Source: Carcharhinus amblyrhynchos (lineage: Eukaryota). Taken from it: 64,000 bases of DNA. Position 1 is the stretch's first letter. The number at the start of each line of letters is the position of its first letter. A program made the translations under genes and the position numbers. The notes under the pieces are model-generated. The model did no database searches and was not told the DNA's origin. It worked only from the letters and a program-made list of their open reading frames with translations. This document shows, one piece after another, positions 22,601 through 37,600 of this stretch. The DNA is taken from the NCBI GenBank assembly GCA_965287045.1, contig OZ336899.1:32984001-33048000 (forward strand), read 5' to 3'.

Positions 22601-25600
22601 GTTCAATCGACCAAAATGCATCACCTCGCATTTATCTAAATTAAACTTAATTTGCCATTTGTCAGCCCGCCAGCCCAATTGATCAAGATCCCGTTGCAAT
22701 CGGAGATAGTCTTCTTCACTGTCCACTATGCCACCAATCTTGGTGTCATCTGCAAACTTACCAACCACGTCTCCTATATTCTCATCCAAGTCATTAATAT
22801 AAATGACAAATAACAGTGGACCCAGCAACGATTCCTGAGACACACTACTGGTCACACGTCTCCAATTTGAAAAACAACTCTTTACAACTACCATCTGGCT
22901 TCTGTCATCAAACCAGTTTTGTATCCATTTAGCTACCTCACTCTGGATCCCATGAGCTTTAACCTTATGCAACAACCTACCATGTGGTACCTTGTCAAAG
23001 GCCTTGCTAAAATCCACGTCAACAACATCAACTACACTGCCCTCATCTACCTTCTTGGTTATCCTTTCAAGGAACTCAATCAAATTTGTGAGACATGATT
23101 TTCTACTTACAAAGCCATGCTGACTGACCTTAATCAGTCTTTGCATCTCTAAATGCCTGTAGATCCGGTCTGTCAAAATACCTTCCAACAATTTACCCAT
23201 TACAGATGTGAGGCTCACCGGCCTGTAATTCCCAGGCTTTTCCCTGCAGCCCAAAAGGCTGCAGGGAAAGAAGAACAATTAATGAAAGATCAAGTATTTC
23301 CAGCAACTTCAATATTTTGTTTGATGCATTAGAATTAACCCTGGCTTTCAAAAGGATTTTTGATCTCTCCACTGCCACCATGGTCCTAGCACTCTAAACA
23401 CACAGGAAGCCTACGGACATAAACGAAGAAACTCTTGTTCATTGCATGTCCAATTTCAAATTTTTTTTTGACAGGAATTGCCCATCTGGCGAAATTAAGC
23501 AACAAAATATTTAGATTGCCGTTTGTGTTGCACATAAACATTTGCACATCCCACATAACCTTTCAAATTTGATATGCTTACATCAGCTAAATTTGTTGAT
23601 TAAAAAGTGAAAAGATTCTGGCAGACAGCAACAATGCACACAGTCTTGCGCAACATTTGAGGGATGTCATTCATTCTGGGCTTTCAAAGATTTAAATGCA
23701 TGTGTGTACTGCAGCTCACTCTCAATACTGGATGGGTCCAAACATTAATTTCCTCATGGCGTCATATGGCAGATGGTGCCAGAAAAATTATGATGATTCA
23801 GACAAGTGGCTGCAGTGAAACTAACTCACTTCATAAAAATCCTTAACAAATTGAGTGTCAGAAGCGAAGACAGTCTCACCTTATCACTAATGAAGTGCTG
23901 GACATCTTCTCCTTCAGTTAGGAAATCCTTCCAATTTAGGCCAGCCTCTTTCCATAAGGCCGCAACTTTCTTATGGCTCTATTAAAAACAAAAGGCAAAT
24001 GTTCACAACAGATTCAGTTTGAAAAATGTTACTTTGGGAGAACAAAAGGACTCTGTTGCTCCTCTGTTTGCGTTATGTGCAGTATCAAAAACTGCTAAGG
24101 AGTGCTTCTTTTCTACTCACCATTTGTTTGCATAGAAGGTGCAAAATTTCTGCAAGCAGAACTCCTGCTCTCTCCACAGGAAGTAAAGGTTTACTAAGTT
24201 CTCTGTAAGAGGAGGAGAAAATATTTATTGTCCAGTATCTTTTGATTTGGGTTGATTCTTAGAGCGGACAACAACTGCAAAATTGCACAAATCATCACTG
24301 TACAAGCAGCATGATTGTTGTCACAAAGCTTTTTGAGTTATTCACGCAGTTATGAAGTTTCATCGATCTAATTTGTGTAGATGCTTTGGTCTGATACAAA
24401 ATGTTGAGATATTGCTCATCTTCGAATAATTATCAAGAGGTTTTGAGTATAAGCTGCAACAACGTTTCATCAGTAGCACTAGCATCGTACACTGCGGAAG
24501 ACTAACAAAATGTGGAGATGTCGGCGTTGGACTGGGATAAACACAGTAAGAAGTCTCACAACACCAGGTTAAAGTCCAACAAGTTTATTTGTAGCAAACG
24601 CCATATAAGCCTGTTGGCTTTAACTTGGTGTTGTGAGACTTCTTACTGTGAAGACTGAAAAGGCCGGGGAGAAAACACTGAATAGTAGGACGGTAGGAAG
24701 TAGAGAGGACCAGACAGGTTTTGGGATGCATGTCCAAAGATCCCTGAAGGCAGCAAGATCGGTAGATAATGTGGTTAAGAAGGCAATGGGATACTTGACT
24801 TTATTAGTGAGACACAGAATTCAAGAGCCAGGAGGTTATTATGGAGCTGTATAAAATACAGATTAGGCCACAGCTAGAGTAATGTGTGCAGCTCTGGATG
24901 CCACATTATAGGAAGAATGTACTGCACTAGAGGAGATTCATCAGGATGTTGCCTGGGCTGCAGCATTTTAGTAATGAAGAGAAACTGGCTAGGCTGGGGT
25001 TGTTTTCCTTAAGAGTAGAGGAGGCCGAGTGGAAGGGCTCATCAAGATGAACAAAATTATGAGGGACATAGATGGAGTAGATAAGAAGGAACTTTTTCCC
25101 TTACTAATAGGGTCAATAACCAAGATTTAAGGTAAGGAACAGGAAATTTAGAGGGGATTTGAGGAAAAACGTTTTCACCAGCGAACTCACTGCCTGAAAG
25201 GGTGGTAGAGGCAGGAATGTTCAACATTTAAGCAGCATTTTGATGAACACTTGAAATGCTACAACACACAAGGTTATGGACCAAGTGCTGGGAAAAGAGA
25301 TCAGAATAAGTGTTTGATGGCTGACACAGAAACGACGGGCCGAAGGGCCTCTTTCCGTGCTGTAAAAGTTCTATGACTGCCATATTCCACAATCCTAAAT
25401 GTACCTCAGAGTACAAAAAACACTAAACCCAAGCCCAGAATTTTGGGGAAGGCTGCCATCTTCAAATAAAAACTTCAAAGATGCAAACACAATTCAGGTT
25501 TAATCTTGTGAAATCTTTAGTTTTTAAATGTTGTTTAAATCCTGATGCTTTACATTAGAAAATTGTTATTGAACCATTTTAGAAAGCATTTTGAGTAACT

Positions 25601-28600
25601 TATAGGAACTAAATGGCCAGACTAAGCAATACTATGTCCTCACCAAAATAACAGCTAGTACACAGATTGTGACATAATTCTCAACGTCCAGACAATCACA
25701 ATATACTGTGATAGAATGTTACTAAACATAAGGCAGACTGAACCAAATACTGCAAGCACTTCTGAGTTTATAATGAAATACCTAATTTAGCGGATGACAG
25801 ATATATAAATGCATTCACAATGTGCGCCAGTGGCTGCAAAGCCAAATAAAAGTTTCAGATGTATAACGAGAATGTATATCAGAGAATGATAAGTCAAACA
25901 AGTGTTATGGACATATAATAAAACACTAGTGAAACCATAAAGGGTATTTATTCTTGCGTAGTGAAAGTATGAAAATGATTCAAGGGATGGCAACATAGTT
26001 CAGTGATGCAAAAACTAATCAAGTGGATACAAAGAGGTTTTTCATTTTTCAAAATTCACTTACGTGGGTATCGTTGGCTAGGCCAGCATTCATGGCCCAT
26101 CCCTAATTACCCTCCAGAAAGTGGTGGTGAGCTGCCTTTTTGAACCGCAGTGCTGTTAGGGAGGCAGTTCCAGAATTTTGACAGTGACATTGAAGGATTA
26201 GCGATATATTTCCAATGACTTGGAGGGAACTTCCAGGTGGTGGTATTTCCATGCGTCTGCTGCTTAAGGAGCTGTGGATGAGTTCCTGCATTACAGCATT
26301 TAAATGGTAAAAAATTGCAGCATGCTGCTGTGCAGAGGGACCTGGGTGTCCTTGTGCATGAATCAGAAAAAGTTGGTTCGCAGGTGCAGCAGGTAATTAA
26401 GAAAACAAATGGAATTTCGTCCTTCATTGTTACAGGGATGGAGTTTAAAAAGCAGGGAGGTTACGTTGCAGCTGCGTAAGGTGCTGTTGAGAGGGTTGGT
26501 TTATGAAGAGAGACTGAGTAGGCTGGCTCTATACTCATTGGAATTTAGAAGAATGGTGGGGGGGAGGAATCCTATCGAAACATATAAAATTATGAAGGGA
26601 ATAGATAAGATAGAAGGACTGGCAGATGAAACCAGAACTAGGGGGCATAGCTTTAAAGCAAGAGGGAGCAGATATACAACTGAGCTGAGGAGGAATGTCT
26701 TCACCCAAAGAGTTGTAAATTTCCTGCTCAGTGAAGTGGTGCCAATCAAGCAGCCTATTTTATCCTGGATGGTGTTGAGCTTTTTCAGTGTTGTTGGAGC
26801 AGCACTCATCCAGGCAACTGGGGAGTATTCCATCACACTCCTGACTTGGGCCTTGTAATATGATGGATGTGCTGTAATATGCTGGGAGTCAGGAGATGAG
26901 TTACTCACCTGGATTCCTAGCCTGACTTGCTCTTGTAGCTACAGTATTTATGTGGCTAGTCCAGTTCAGCTTCTGGTCAATGGTAACCCGCAGGATGTAA
27001 ATAATGCAGGAGTCAGCAGTGGTAATGCCATTGAATGTTATGGGAAAATGGTCAGATTCTCTCGTTGGTGATGGCCATTAGCTGGCACTTGTGTGCGCCA
27101 GTATTACTTGCCACAATGCTACTTGTAAACCACAACAGACTGTTCTAAGCTAAAGAATCCATAAAGAATACCATTTTATAGCTGGCAGGGACTTATGGCA
27201 AGAGCCACCTTCTGAGGATATGGATGTGATAGGAATGAGATCCTCAAGGAATGCCAGAGTAGCTTTCTTTCACTCTCATGTTTAAACATAATTTTGTCTG
27301 GCCTTTCAAATCGAGAAGCTTTTTCCTGTTTTGCTGACTCAAGATGATCTTTTCATTTCTATTATTGAACAGATAAGCAAAATGAAGTTTGTAGCTACTG
27401 TTAAAATTGATCAGGAGCAAATTGATGCATCACTTTTACTTTTAGCTCCCTTTACAAATAAATAACCTAAAAGACGTTAACTGAAACCAGATGTTATTTT
27501 CAAAAAATGATCACTTGAACATCTGCAGAATATAATGCATAACTGTCAAAATAAAATGCCAGCAAAAAAGCAGGCAAATGAGATCAGAAATTAAACAAAA
27601 TTAAAATCAGAAATTAATGTCTACTAATAACTATTACAACAAAGTGCATTATCCAAGCAACGGACCATAAACTTACGTAAATAATTCTCTCATAGAGATT
27701 CCTCCTTCTTGTAACATGGGCGTCACAAGTTCACCCAGGTATAGCCATATATGTGGTATATCAATGGCCATATCCTCTGCTAATTCCAAGAGTTCTAAAA
27801 ACCTGAAAGGAAACAGAAAAAATACTCAAGCACAATATTTCAGCCACCATTAGAATAAACACACCCAAGTTAATAAGAAAAAGCACCCGACGTTTTACAA
27901 TATACAATCTGTCACACTAATACATCGGCAGCAAAGAAATCAAAACAACGTAATGCTTGAATGTGCTAACTTTTTTCTCAGCTTCCTCTGCCCTGCAACC
28001 CCCGCACCAAAACAATGTCACAATCTATTCCAAGAGTCGTCCATCAAAGCCAGGATGTGGAGATGCCGGCTTTGGATTGGGATGTGCACAGTAAGAAGTT
28101 TCACAGTAAGGCGGCTAAAGTTCAACAGGATTATTTGGAATGGTGACTCACCTGATGAAGGAGCAGTGCTCCAAAAGTTTGACATTCCAAATAAACCTGT
28201 TGGACTTTAATCTGGTGTTGTGAGACTTCTTATTGTATCAAAGCCAGATATCAGATGTACGTTCAAACATATATATGGTGCATAGTACATTCAGCCTGCA
28301 TATATAGTGAGAGCTTAGTGTTAGACACAGCATTGGATCTACTATTTTGGACTATCTTTGCCGAGAAACACATGTTCAGTCCTCAGTTTTTATGAAGTGC
28401 AATGCATTCTGAGCTCTGGTTTTCACCAATTTTCCATTTGAAGACTGGAGTCCATTGCACTGAAACCTTTATGGAATTAGTTTAGACAGAGGGCGCTGCA
28501 AATTAATCTTGAAGCCTCAAAACGAATTTCACAATTTACCAAAAACTTATCTTTGCAAATGAAGTATTGTAGTGATATTAGTGCTATATAGGACGGAGTG

Positions 28601-31600
28601 ACTAGAGAGGCAATTAAACTCTTAGTTAGTTAAATGCCAATCTCTGTTCACCCTTATAGTTATTATCCAACTTGCTGCAATGAAGAACTTAATTTCCAGT
28701 TAAATTCCTGATCATGTGGCAACAGAGCTTTGCACGGTGCTTGGATAATAATGTAAGGAATCCAGCTAAACGGAGGTCTCTGTAGTGTTGATTCACATAA
28801 GCAGAAAAGTATCACTGGCATTAAATGAACATGTTTGTGGAATTCTCTTGGTGCCCTCTCACGCCCCTGTCAGAATGCCTGGCGCAGGCACCGACTTTCT
28901 GCCGTAATCGTCACCGAAGCAGTCACTACAGCTCAAGTTGTATAAATGCTTCGAGGCAGCTTAATGTGGAGGGCTTCTACAAATGTGACATGATATAACC
29001 AACTGCTTGTCTTTTACATAGAATCAATCACTCCCTTTGTAAAGTTCCACTCATCCCAAAACTAAAGTGCAAGAGTTCATCGCATATTTTTCTTCTTCAT
29101 CAAGTGTTACGCACCCTTTGAAAAATTCTTCCTTGGGTAGTTTTTCCGACTGTATCAGCTGATAGAAAAGCTGCCCCATGTGCTCTCTTGTTATTTGACT
29201 TCTCTCCAGCGTTGATTCCACACCAACTCTCACAAAGACATGGAGCAGGCTCAATGAATTCAATTCATCTACACACTGGAGTGCTTCCTGGAAACAGAAA
29301 ACAATTCTAGTCAAATGCTACTTATTCCCTAATAATTCCTCAACTTCTCTGCTTTACCCACTGCCAACACTTTTCTTAGAGCCCACAAATTAATATTTTT
29401 GAACAAAATTAATGGTACCTTGTTGCACAAAGAGTAACATTAAGCACAAATCTCGAAATGGGAACTCAAATTGCTTCCCCACCTTAATGTTTACATGTAA
29501 TAAATGTGTTCACTAATGTTGCTTTTCTTCACTTCCTCTCTTTCTGACTTCCTGCTTTTTGAGATTAGTGGGCATTAAAATGTGAAGTTATATTTAAGGA
29601 ATTGGGCTGAGGATGTTGACTGCAGAGGAATTTGGCTTCAAATTTCCAACATAACTGAAGGATTTACATATATTTCAAACCATGACAGACAAGAATTTGG
29701 ATTAGAACCAAGAACTAAACACGAGCTAATGATGAGAACCAAATAAGCAAATGTGGCAAGGCCTTTATTACTATCGGAAAGAATATTTGATACATTTTAA
29801 GACAAATACCAATCCTCAACTCTTCACAATCTATCAGAGGAATTTAAAAACTCTCCCTCTCCTTTTATCCCTATCCATCAAGAGCCTTTTACGTTTTGCA
29901 TCAGGAGTTCAAAGAACATCACCAGGTCATTGGTCAACTGACCAGAAGCAATTATGGACAGTAGTCATCTCACTACTTTGCAAAGCAAGCAAAACCTCAA
30001 AACAGGTAGGAAGATGAAACAGACACCAGAGATGTGAGGAAATGGCAGGCTTTAACTGAAGTATAACAACTTTGGAAAGATTTGACAGCATTCTGAAATT
30101 AACAATAAAAATTAATGGGTTCAATAATGGAAATAATATACATAATAGAAAGGATATTATTAAACTAGAAAGAGTGCAGAAAAGATTTACCACGATGTCA
30201 GTAGGACTTGATGGTTCGAGTTATAAGGAGAGAGGCTGGATAGACTGGGACTTCTTTCCCTGGAGTGTAGGAGACTTAAGGGTGATCTTACACAGGTCTA
30301 TAAAATAATGAGGGGCATAAATAAGGTAGATAGTCCACATCTTTGCCCAAAGGTAGAAGAGTCTAAAACTCGCGGGCATAGGTTTAAAATGAGAGGGGAG
30401 AGATCCAAAAGGATCCAAAGGAGCAATTTTTTTTTTTTACACAGGAGGCGGCGGTGAGTGTCTGGAATGAGCTGCCAGAGGTAGTAGCAGAGCCAGACAC
30501 AATTTTGTCTTTTAAAAAGCATTTAGATGGGTAAAATAGGTATAAAGGGGTATGGTCCAAACCCAGGCAATTGGGAATAGCTTAATGGTAAAAACTGGGA
30601 GCATGGACAAGTTGGGTTGAAGGGCCTATTTCCATTCTGTAAACCGGTGTGATGGAGGTATACACGCAGCCTGTTATGTAAGGAATTGCAGGATTTTCAT
30701 CCAGTGACAAAATATTTTCAAGTGAAGATGGTGTATGGCTCTGAGGGGAACAGATGGTGGAGTTCTCATGTGTCTGCTGCCCATTTTCTTCTAGATGATA
30801 GTGACTGAGAGTTTGGAAGGTGCTGGTGAGTATTGGTGAGTTGTTACAGTGCATCTCAGAGATGGTCACAGTGCATCGGTGGTGGGAGTGAATGTTTGTG
30901 GGTGGGGTGCCAATCAATGTGCTGTTTTGCCCTGGATGATGTCGAGCTTCTCGAGTGTTGTTGTAGCTGCATTCTGCTAGGCAAGTGGAGAATGATCCAT
31001 CACACTTTTGACTTGTGCCTTGGAAATGGTGGACAGGCTTTGTTCATCAGGAAATGACTGAATTCCTAATCTCTGATCTGCTCTTGTACGTTATTAATCA
31101 TGTTTCTAAATCTTAGTACACAGGTAGATGCTAAGAGAGTTACATAGCAAGCTGGCTGGTGAAGCCAAAACCAAGACAGAGATTTTATTGACTTTATTCA
31201 GTTTCACTGGTCTCCCATACACCCAGTGTCCCAGATATCTCCGATTCATCATGTGCAAAATACTTAAACAATGTCCTCCACCTCTGTATCCTAACAATAC
31301 AATTAAATATTAACATACACTGCACAGAAACAGGAAATTCAGCCCAACCTATCCTTCCTCATTTAACTATCAGCAGAACCCGCGATTCTCTTATCCCTCA
31401 TATACCTATCAAACATCTCCGTGAATCCCCTTGACGATTGTAAGGGTTTCCTCTGGGTACTCCAGTTTCCTCCCACAGCCCAAAAGTCTTGCTGATTAAG
31501 TGCACTGGCCATGCTTACTTCTCCCTCAGCTTACACAAACAGGCGCCAGAGTATGGCAACTAGGCTTTTTCACAGTAACTTCATTACAGTACTGTCAGCC

Positions 31601-34600
31601 TACTAATACATAAACTTTGTGAATCTTTGGTCTTATCTACTTCAGGGAGCTGTAGAAGATCAATTATTGACTATTTTTAAAGCACAGACCCACAAATTTC
31701 TAAATACCAATGAAGTAAAATGATACGGGGATATTGTGGGGAGAAAACATCATGATAATAAGCCACGATCATAATTGAATGGAAAAGCACGCTTAATGGC
31801 TGACTCCAGCTCCTTTACTAAATCTTCCTAGCTAGCCTTTAAAAAGTACTGAACAAAACAATTGAGAAACCATGTTAGTCAGTTATGATATAAACTTCTC
31901 ACATTTAATAGTCAGCTGTAAAATATAGTGATTCAAATTCTGCAAATGTTCACCTTATAATCATTAATGTGCAAAAACTCATCAATAATGGATTTTGATT
32001 TTTTCTCCATCTCCTCTTCAGACAGATTAGATCTGGGGGAAGCATCAGCAGGAAAAACTTCAGGTTTCACTGCAAAAGAACAAATTTAAAAGGTTTTCTT
32101 CAGTCCTTCATATGCTGTCAGAGCCTACTTAACCTGTGATAGGTTTGTCTAAAAGTAAGGAAAGTAACAAATTAACTCCTATAAATTCAAGTTATAATAT
32201 CTCCATTTTCACATTTTTAGTGCTTTGATGAGATACAACTTTTACCTGTGTGCTCCGATCACAGAATTCTGAGGCATAAAAACCTAGAATTTTAACTAAG
32301 TAATAGTGCTCCTTCAGAGATATGTCTGCACATTCGTTTCCATGCCTGTGACACACTGCCAGTTTGATGTAGTGATTAGTGACTTTGTGACATCAGCAGC
32401 ATGTCACAGCACTGTCATCAGACCATATGATCCAGCTCACTGCTGGCATCAGAGCAGCTATTTTCTCCATCATGTATTCAAATACTTCACCAGGCAGCCA
32501 TCTGCCCAACACAAGGGGCCAGAGTATGGCTGGCTACCAATTGCCTGCAGGGAAAGATTTTATTGTGCAAATATGCAACTGCTTTTGATATTTACAAACT
32601 TTTGGAATTAAAAGCTGGTAAATAAATCCTCTAGTTCAGCTGCTGTAACTAAATGTTATTTTCATGCGGCAACCAGCAAAGAGTAAGGCCACTCCCCAAC
32701 CCAAACTAGGCTGCATCTGACAGCCACCTGGTTTATTTCCAGCAAAAGCACCATGAGTTAGCACACAGGGTCTCCGGCTGACGTTTCCCTCCTTAACCCA
32801 CCTATTGTTACCTCACCCAAGATATACTCAATCAGTATAAAACAGATTTAAGACTATTTCTCAGTGACTTGGACTTTACCAAATGAGACTCAGGAGGATC
32901 TATTAAAGAATAAGCCAATTTATTTCCAGTGATGTTTTTAAAGGACAAATGTTAAAAAAAGTCACTCTCTTTGGGCCTTTCACTTTGTCTTTCTCTGCAT
33001 GCCGCTCATATATTTTCCCACCGTTTCCACATTTCTCTTTTTATGCTTTCAGTTTTAGTTTGCCTTTTGTCTGCAGTATCCTGTCTTTGTTCCTCCCATT
33101 CATTTTACTCCACTGCCACCAACTCTTTGCTCATTTTTAAAATATTTTCTAAAGGTCAAAGTATGTAGCAAGTGGCAGCCATAATGTACCCTGTCAGAGA
33201 TGGCTCGTGTGGTTGAGTCAGCTGTTTGGAAACTCGAGCAACAAGCAAAGGCTTGGGGACAGGAAGACAGATATGAAGTTCTCCCTCGAGGCTGAGTGCT
33301 TTCCTATCAATGTTGCGGTGAAACCAGCAGTGGGAGCCTGTGTAATATGGAACTGAAAGGAACTGGGGTCGTGAGATGGAGCAATGATAGTGATATGCAT
33401 GGATCCAATATGCAAGGATCAGAAGATGGGAAGGGTAACTGCTGAGTAGCCGCAGTGTGGCATTAATTAGAAAATTTCAGTGAACAACTAACACTCAAAA
33501 AGTGAGACTTGTAAGTGACAGGATCCAAATGAACTCAGCCATGTCTGGAGCAATGTGTAACCTACAAATCTAGTTGGCTACCAACAAATACTGAAACTTG
33601 CATACAACCAATTTTTGAATGAAGCTGTCACATATCCTATCTTACTGATGAATAGGCCCTCCAATAAACTGCTTTTGAACAATCATAGATCAATCAGATT
33701 TTCAAAACAGAGAAATGTTTAAAACAAATATGAATTTGAGGACAGTTGCCGAAAAGTCTCGAGGTGCCCACTTAAGTGGTTATTACATTATTTAGTGCTC
33801 ACTCATCAGCAGGCCTAGAGTGGCATTGGCAAAGACTCACAATTTGGACGCTCACTTCGTTCCACATTTACAAATATAGGGAGAACACAAAGAAAATACC
33901 TCAAACACCACGTTTGGAAAAGTTCTAGTTTGGCACAAGTTTTGAGGCCATTCGGTTTTTCTTTATCTTATTTGGATGACCAAACATGATGAATGTTTTG
34001 CGACTCACCCTGGATGTGAGATATTGCAAAAATTAATAGTGCAGAGTGTGCTGTTTTGATTTTTAATTATGTCACTGATTTCCGAATAAATGAAGAAAGA
34101 TCCAAGTGGCATTCTCCGTATAGAACCCAGTCTCGTGTTGTTACATTCCGAACAGCCATTGCACATGCAAGATGCCGAAATGCAAATTACCATTTTCTTT
34201 AGTCCGGTTCCTGTCTCCTTCCACACTCTTCTCCTCGGAGGTACTTGTGGTTTGCTGTACAATTTCAAGGACTTCTCTCCTTTCTTCTTCTCGTGCTCGA
34301 TCATCAAACAACTCCTTGCTGCTGCTCACCCGTGTGATGGCTGGCCGAGCTGGCTTATCGTTCTTCTCTCTTCCAGTACTGCTTCGACTATTTGGGTGGC
34401 AGGGAAGGAAAGGGAAAAAAAAGACAATCTTTGCATTATAAAGTTACACATTAACCACTGGAAGATAAGGAAATAGAACAGTATAAAATAATATGTATTC
34501 ATAATCCCCAGTCTTTATCCAGGAATTGATGAAATGTGGAACCCACTATCACAAGAACAGAATCTTAGAAGCGCTACCGTGCAGGAGGCCATTCGGCCCA

Positions 34601-37600
34601 TCAAGTCTGCAGTGGCCATAATCCCACCCAGACCCTATCCCTGCAATCCCAAATATTTACCTCGCTAATCCCTCTGATTTACATATCTCAGGACACTTGA
34701 GGGGCAACTTGAATAGTTGAGGCAATTAACATAATTGCATTTAACCAGGAGAAAGGAAGGAATAAAGTACGTTGATGGAGTTAGCTGAAAAAAGGTTGGG
34801 AAGTGGAGCCGGTGGGAGGGGGGCTTGTGCCTAGCATACACACCAGCGGAGACCTTTTGTGCCAAATGGCCTCACTGCTGTAAATACGGTGTAACTTAAT
34901 AAGTAAGGGCCCCACAGTTTGTTTGACCTCATCCTCAAGAATGTGAACCTGATCAGGGGTTACCCTGTCTCATTTCCTCCTTTAACATCCAGAGGTTTAT
35001 GTCATGTCTAGAAAAGAGCAGCAATCTTTTACGTTCAGGCAAAATTCTGAAAGTAAAAATCAAAATCAGTTTAAGATGGGAATCCATATGAAGTTGTTGA
35101 AGTCACTGACATCAGGGGCTTGTTGCTCCTGCAATTAGTTTTACAGCCCAGCAGTTATCAATCCTAACTACAAACATTGTCAGGGAATAAGTCCAATGAA
35201 TTCTGATGTGCACTTTACATCAGACTGGTCAAGTTCAAGGTGGGTCTAGGTTTACTAAGTAACAGATGAGACTGTCTTCAGGCTTCATTAGTGCACTACA
35301 CAAAATATTAAATATCTTGGAGATTTAATTGGGCCAACCAGGATTATCATAATAACATATCACAATTAATTTGACACACCTAACAAGTTATCACATTACA
35401 CCCCAGCTGTTGAATACTACACAGAATTGTAGTTACAGCACAAAAGGAGACAGTTTGGCTCACAGCTCTCTGACAGCACTCAGAAATTTAGCTCATCTCA
35501 CTATCTTACCCTTTTCTTGCAGCACTGCTAACTTTCTCTTCAGCTGCTTATTCAATTCTCTTTCAAAATCCATGATTGAATCTACCTCCACAATACTCTC
35601 AGCTGGTGCATTCCAGATCCTAACTATTACTTTTGCAAAAAAAGCTATTCCTCATATTACTTTATCAATCACCTTAAACTGTTATCCTTTGGTTCTCTAT
35701 CCTTCCATTAATAGGAACATTTTCTCTTTATCGACTCAGACTAAGCTTCTCATGATTGCAAACACCTGTATCAAATCTCCACTCAGTCTCTGTTCTCTGA
35801 GGAGAACACTATTAGCATTCTCCAATCTAATCACTTAATCAAAGACCCAAATCTCTGGAACCATTCTCATAAATCCTTTCTGCATCCTATTCAAAGCCTT
35901 CACATCCCTTCTAAACTGTAGTGCCCAGAATGGATCAATATTTCAGCTGAAGCTGAACGAGTGTTTGATAAAGTTCTATCATTTCCTTGCTTTCCCTCTT
36001 CATGCCTCGATTTAAAGAGCCCTGGATCCCATTTGCTTTTTGAACCACTTCCTCTACTTGCCTTGCCACCTGCAATAATTTGTGTTGATGCACCCCAAGG
36101 TGTCTCTGTTCCTGGTTCCCTTTAAATTTTCACCCTCTTGATTAATATTGCCTCTCAACATATTGGATGGGCAACGCCCAATCCAATTAAGTATTTTCAC
36201 CATCAGTTGCTCTTTATCACAATATATCTCCAACATACTGCATAGAGGAAGAAACCTATTAAAATTTAAAAATAAAGTTTTCAACACAATATGCATGTTC
36301 CTTTTAATAAATTTCCATTAAATATTTCACATGTATTAACAAAATAAATGAAGTTACATGTACATTATACTGTATTTGACAGTTGAATCTAGTTCAACAG
36401 CAAAACTGCACCGCAAACAAAACTCTCTCAAACATTCTCAATGGGACCTTCAGCAACTGAAAGACAACTCTTACTCGGATCCTGGTAAAAATAACGCAGC
36501 TTTCATAAACATTTAATGGTAAATAAGGTGCCTAGGCAAAATTGCAGACATGGCTTAGCACACTTGAAAATCGTGGCAGATGAGAGCAATTCAGCATTAC
36601 TGAGATAGTCTATTACTATTTATGATCCACACCCAAGATACCAATCTCAATTAGCGTTGTTATCTGTGAGCCAGGAAAAGTGGCACTGCCCACAGGTAAG
36701 GTTCTATCTTGTGGTGATGGAGAAAAACAAATGCGCATGTTGACTTGGACTGATACAGCACACCTCCCAGCAGTCAGGATGACAGCTGCACAGACTGAGA
36801 ATCTAGAATTAGGTCATCTTCCCCACGAGTGGTATTTGGTGCAAGAACATAAGAAATAGGAACAGGAATAAAAAAAAACAGCTTGTCGAGCCTGTTTCGC
36901 CATTCAATACAATCATGGCTCATCTTTGGCTTCAACTCTACTTACATGTCTACTCCCTGAAACACCAAAAACCTATGGAGCTCAGCCTTAAATCTATTCA
37001 ATGGATGCATCACCTACAACCCTCTGGGGTAGAGAATTTCAAAATCCACAATCCTTGAGTGAAGAAATAGCTCCTCATCTCAGTCCTAAAGAATCAGCCT
37101 CTTAACCTGATTGTGTACCCCATGTTCTAGATTCCCAACCTGGGGGAACGACCTTTCAATGGCTACCCTATCAAGTCCTTTCAGAATTTTGTATGTTTCA
37201 ATGAAATGACCCCTTATTCTTCTGAACTCCACTACAAATAGATCCAGTTTACTCAGCGTCTTTCTCTCATCACAGGACAATCCTCTCACCAGGAACCAAT
37301 TTAGTAAACCAACTGGCTCCTTTCTTAAAAATGGAGACAAAAATTGTGCATGGTATTCCAGGTGTATTCTCACTAGCCATGGACAATTGTAGCAAGATTT
37401 TTGTCATTAAACATAAATTTTTTGACATAGTCCTAAAACCTCTGATCAGAGTTAGAAACCGTGCCCAGAGACTTTAAACATTTGTGAATGAGCGAGTAGT
37501 TCTTTTTTGTCCCGAATGGACAAAAAAAACTACTCACTTACAAATGCTCAAAGTCTCTGACTTTTAATGGAGGAGACTGCAGACCTCACTCAGAACAGAA

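Noticed and set aside
22514-23278. 254-aa reverse transcriptase ORF as a functional or domesticated gene
   Set aside because: 5'-truncated CR1 with a degenerate PQGS motif (SQES), no endonuclease and a disrupted C-terminus; the ORF start lies in flanking DNA
26409-26908. Overlapping 149-aa and 135-aa ORFs on opposite strands
   Set aside because: Chimeras across the junction of two nested LINE fragments
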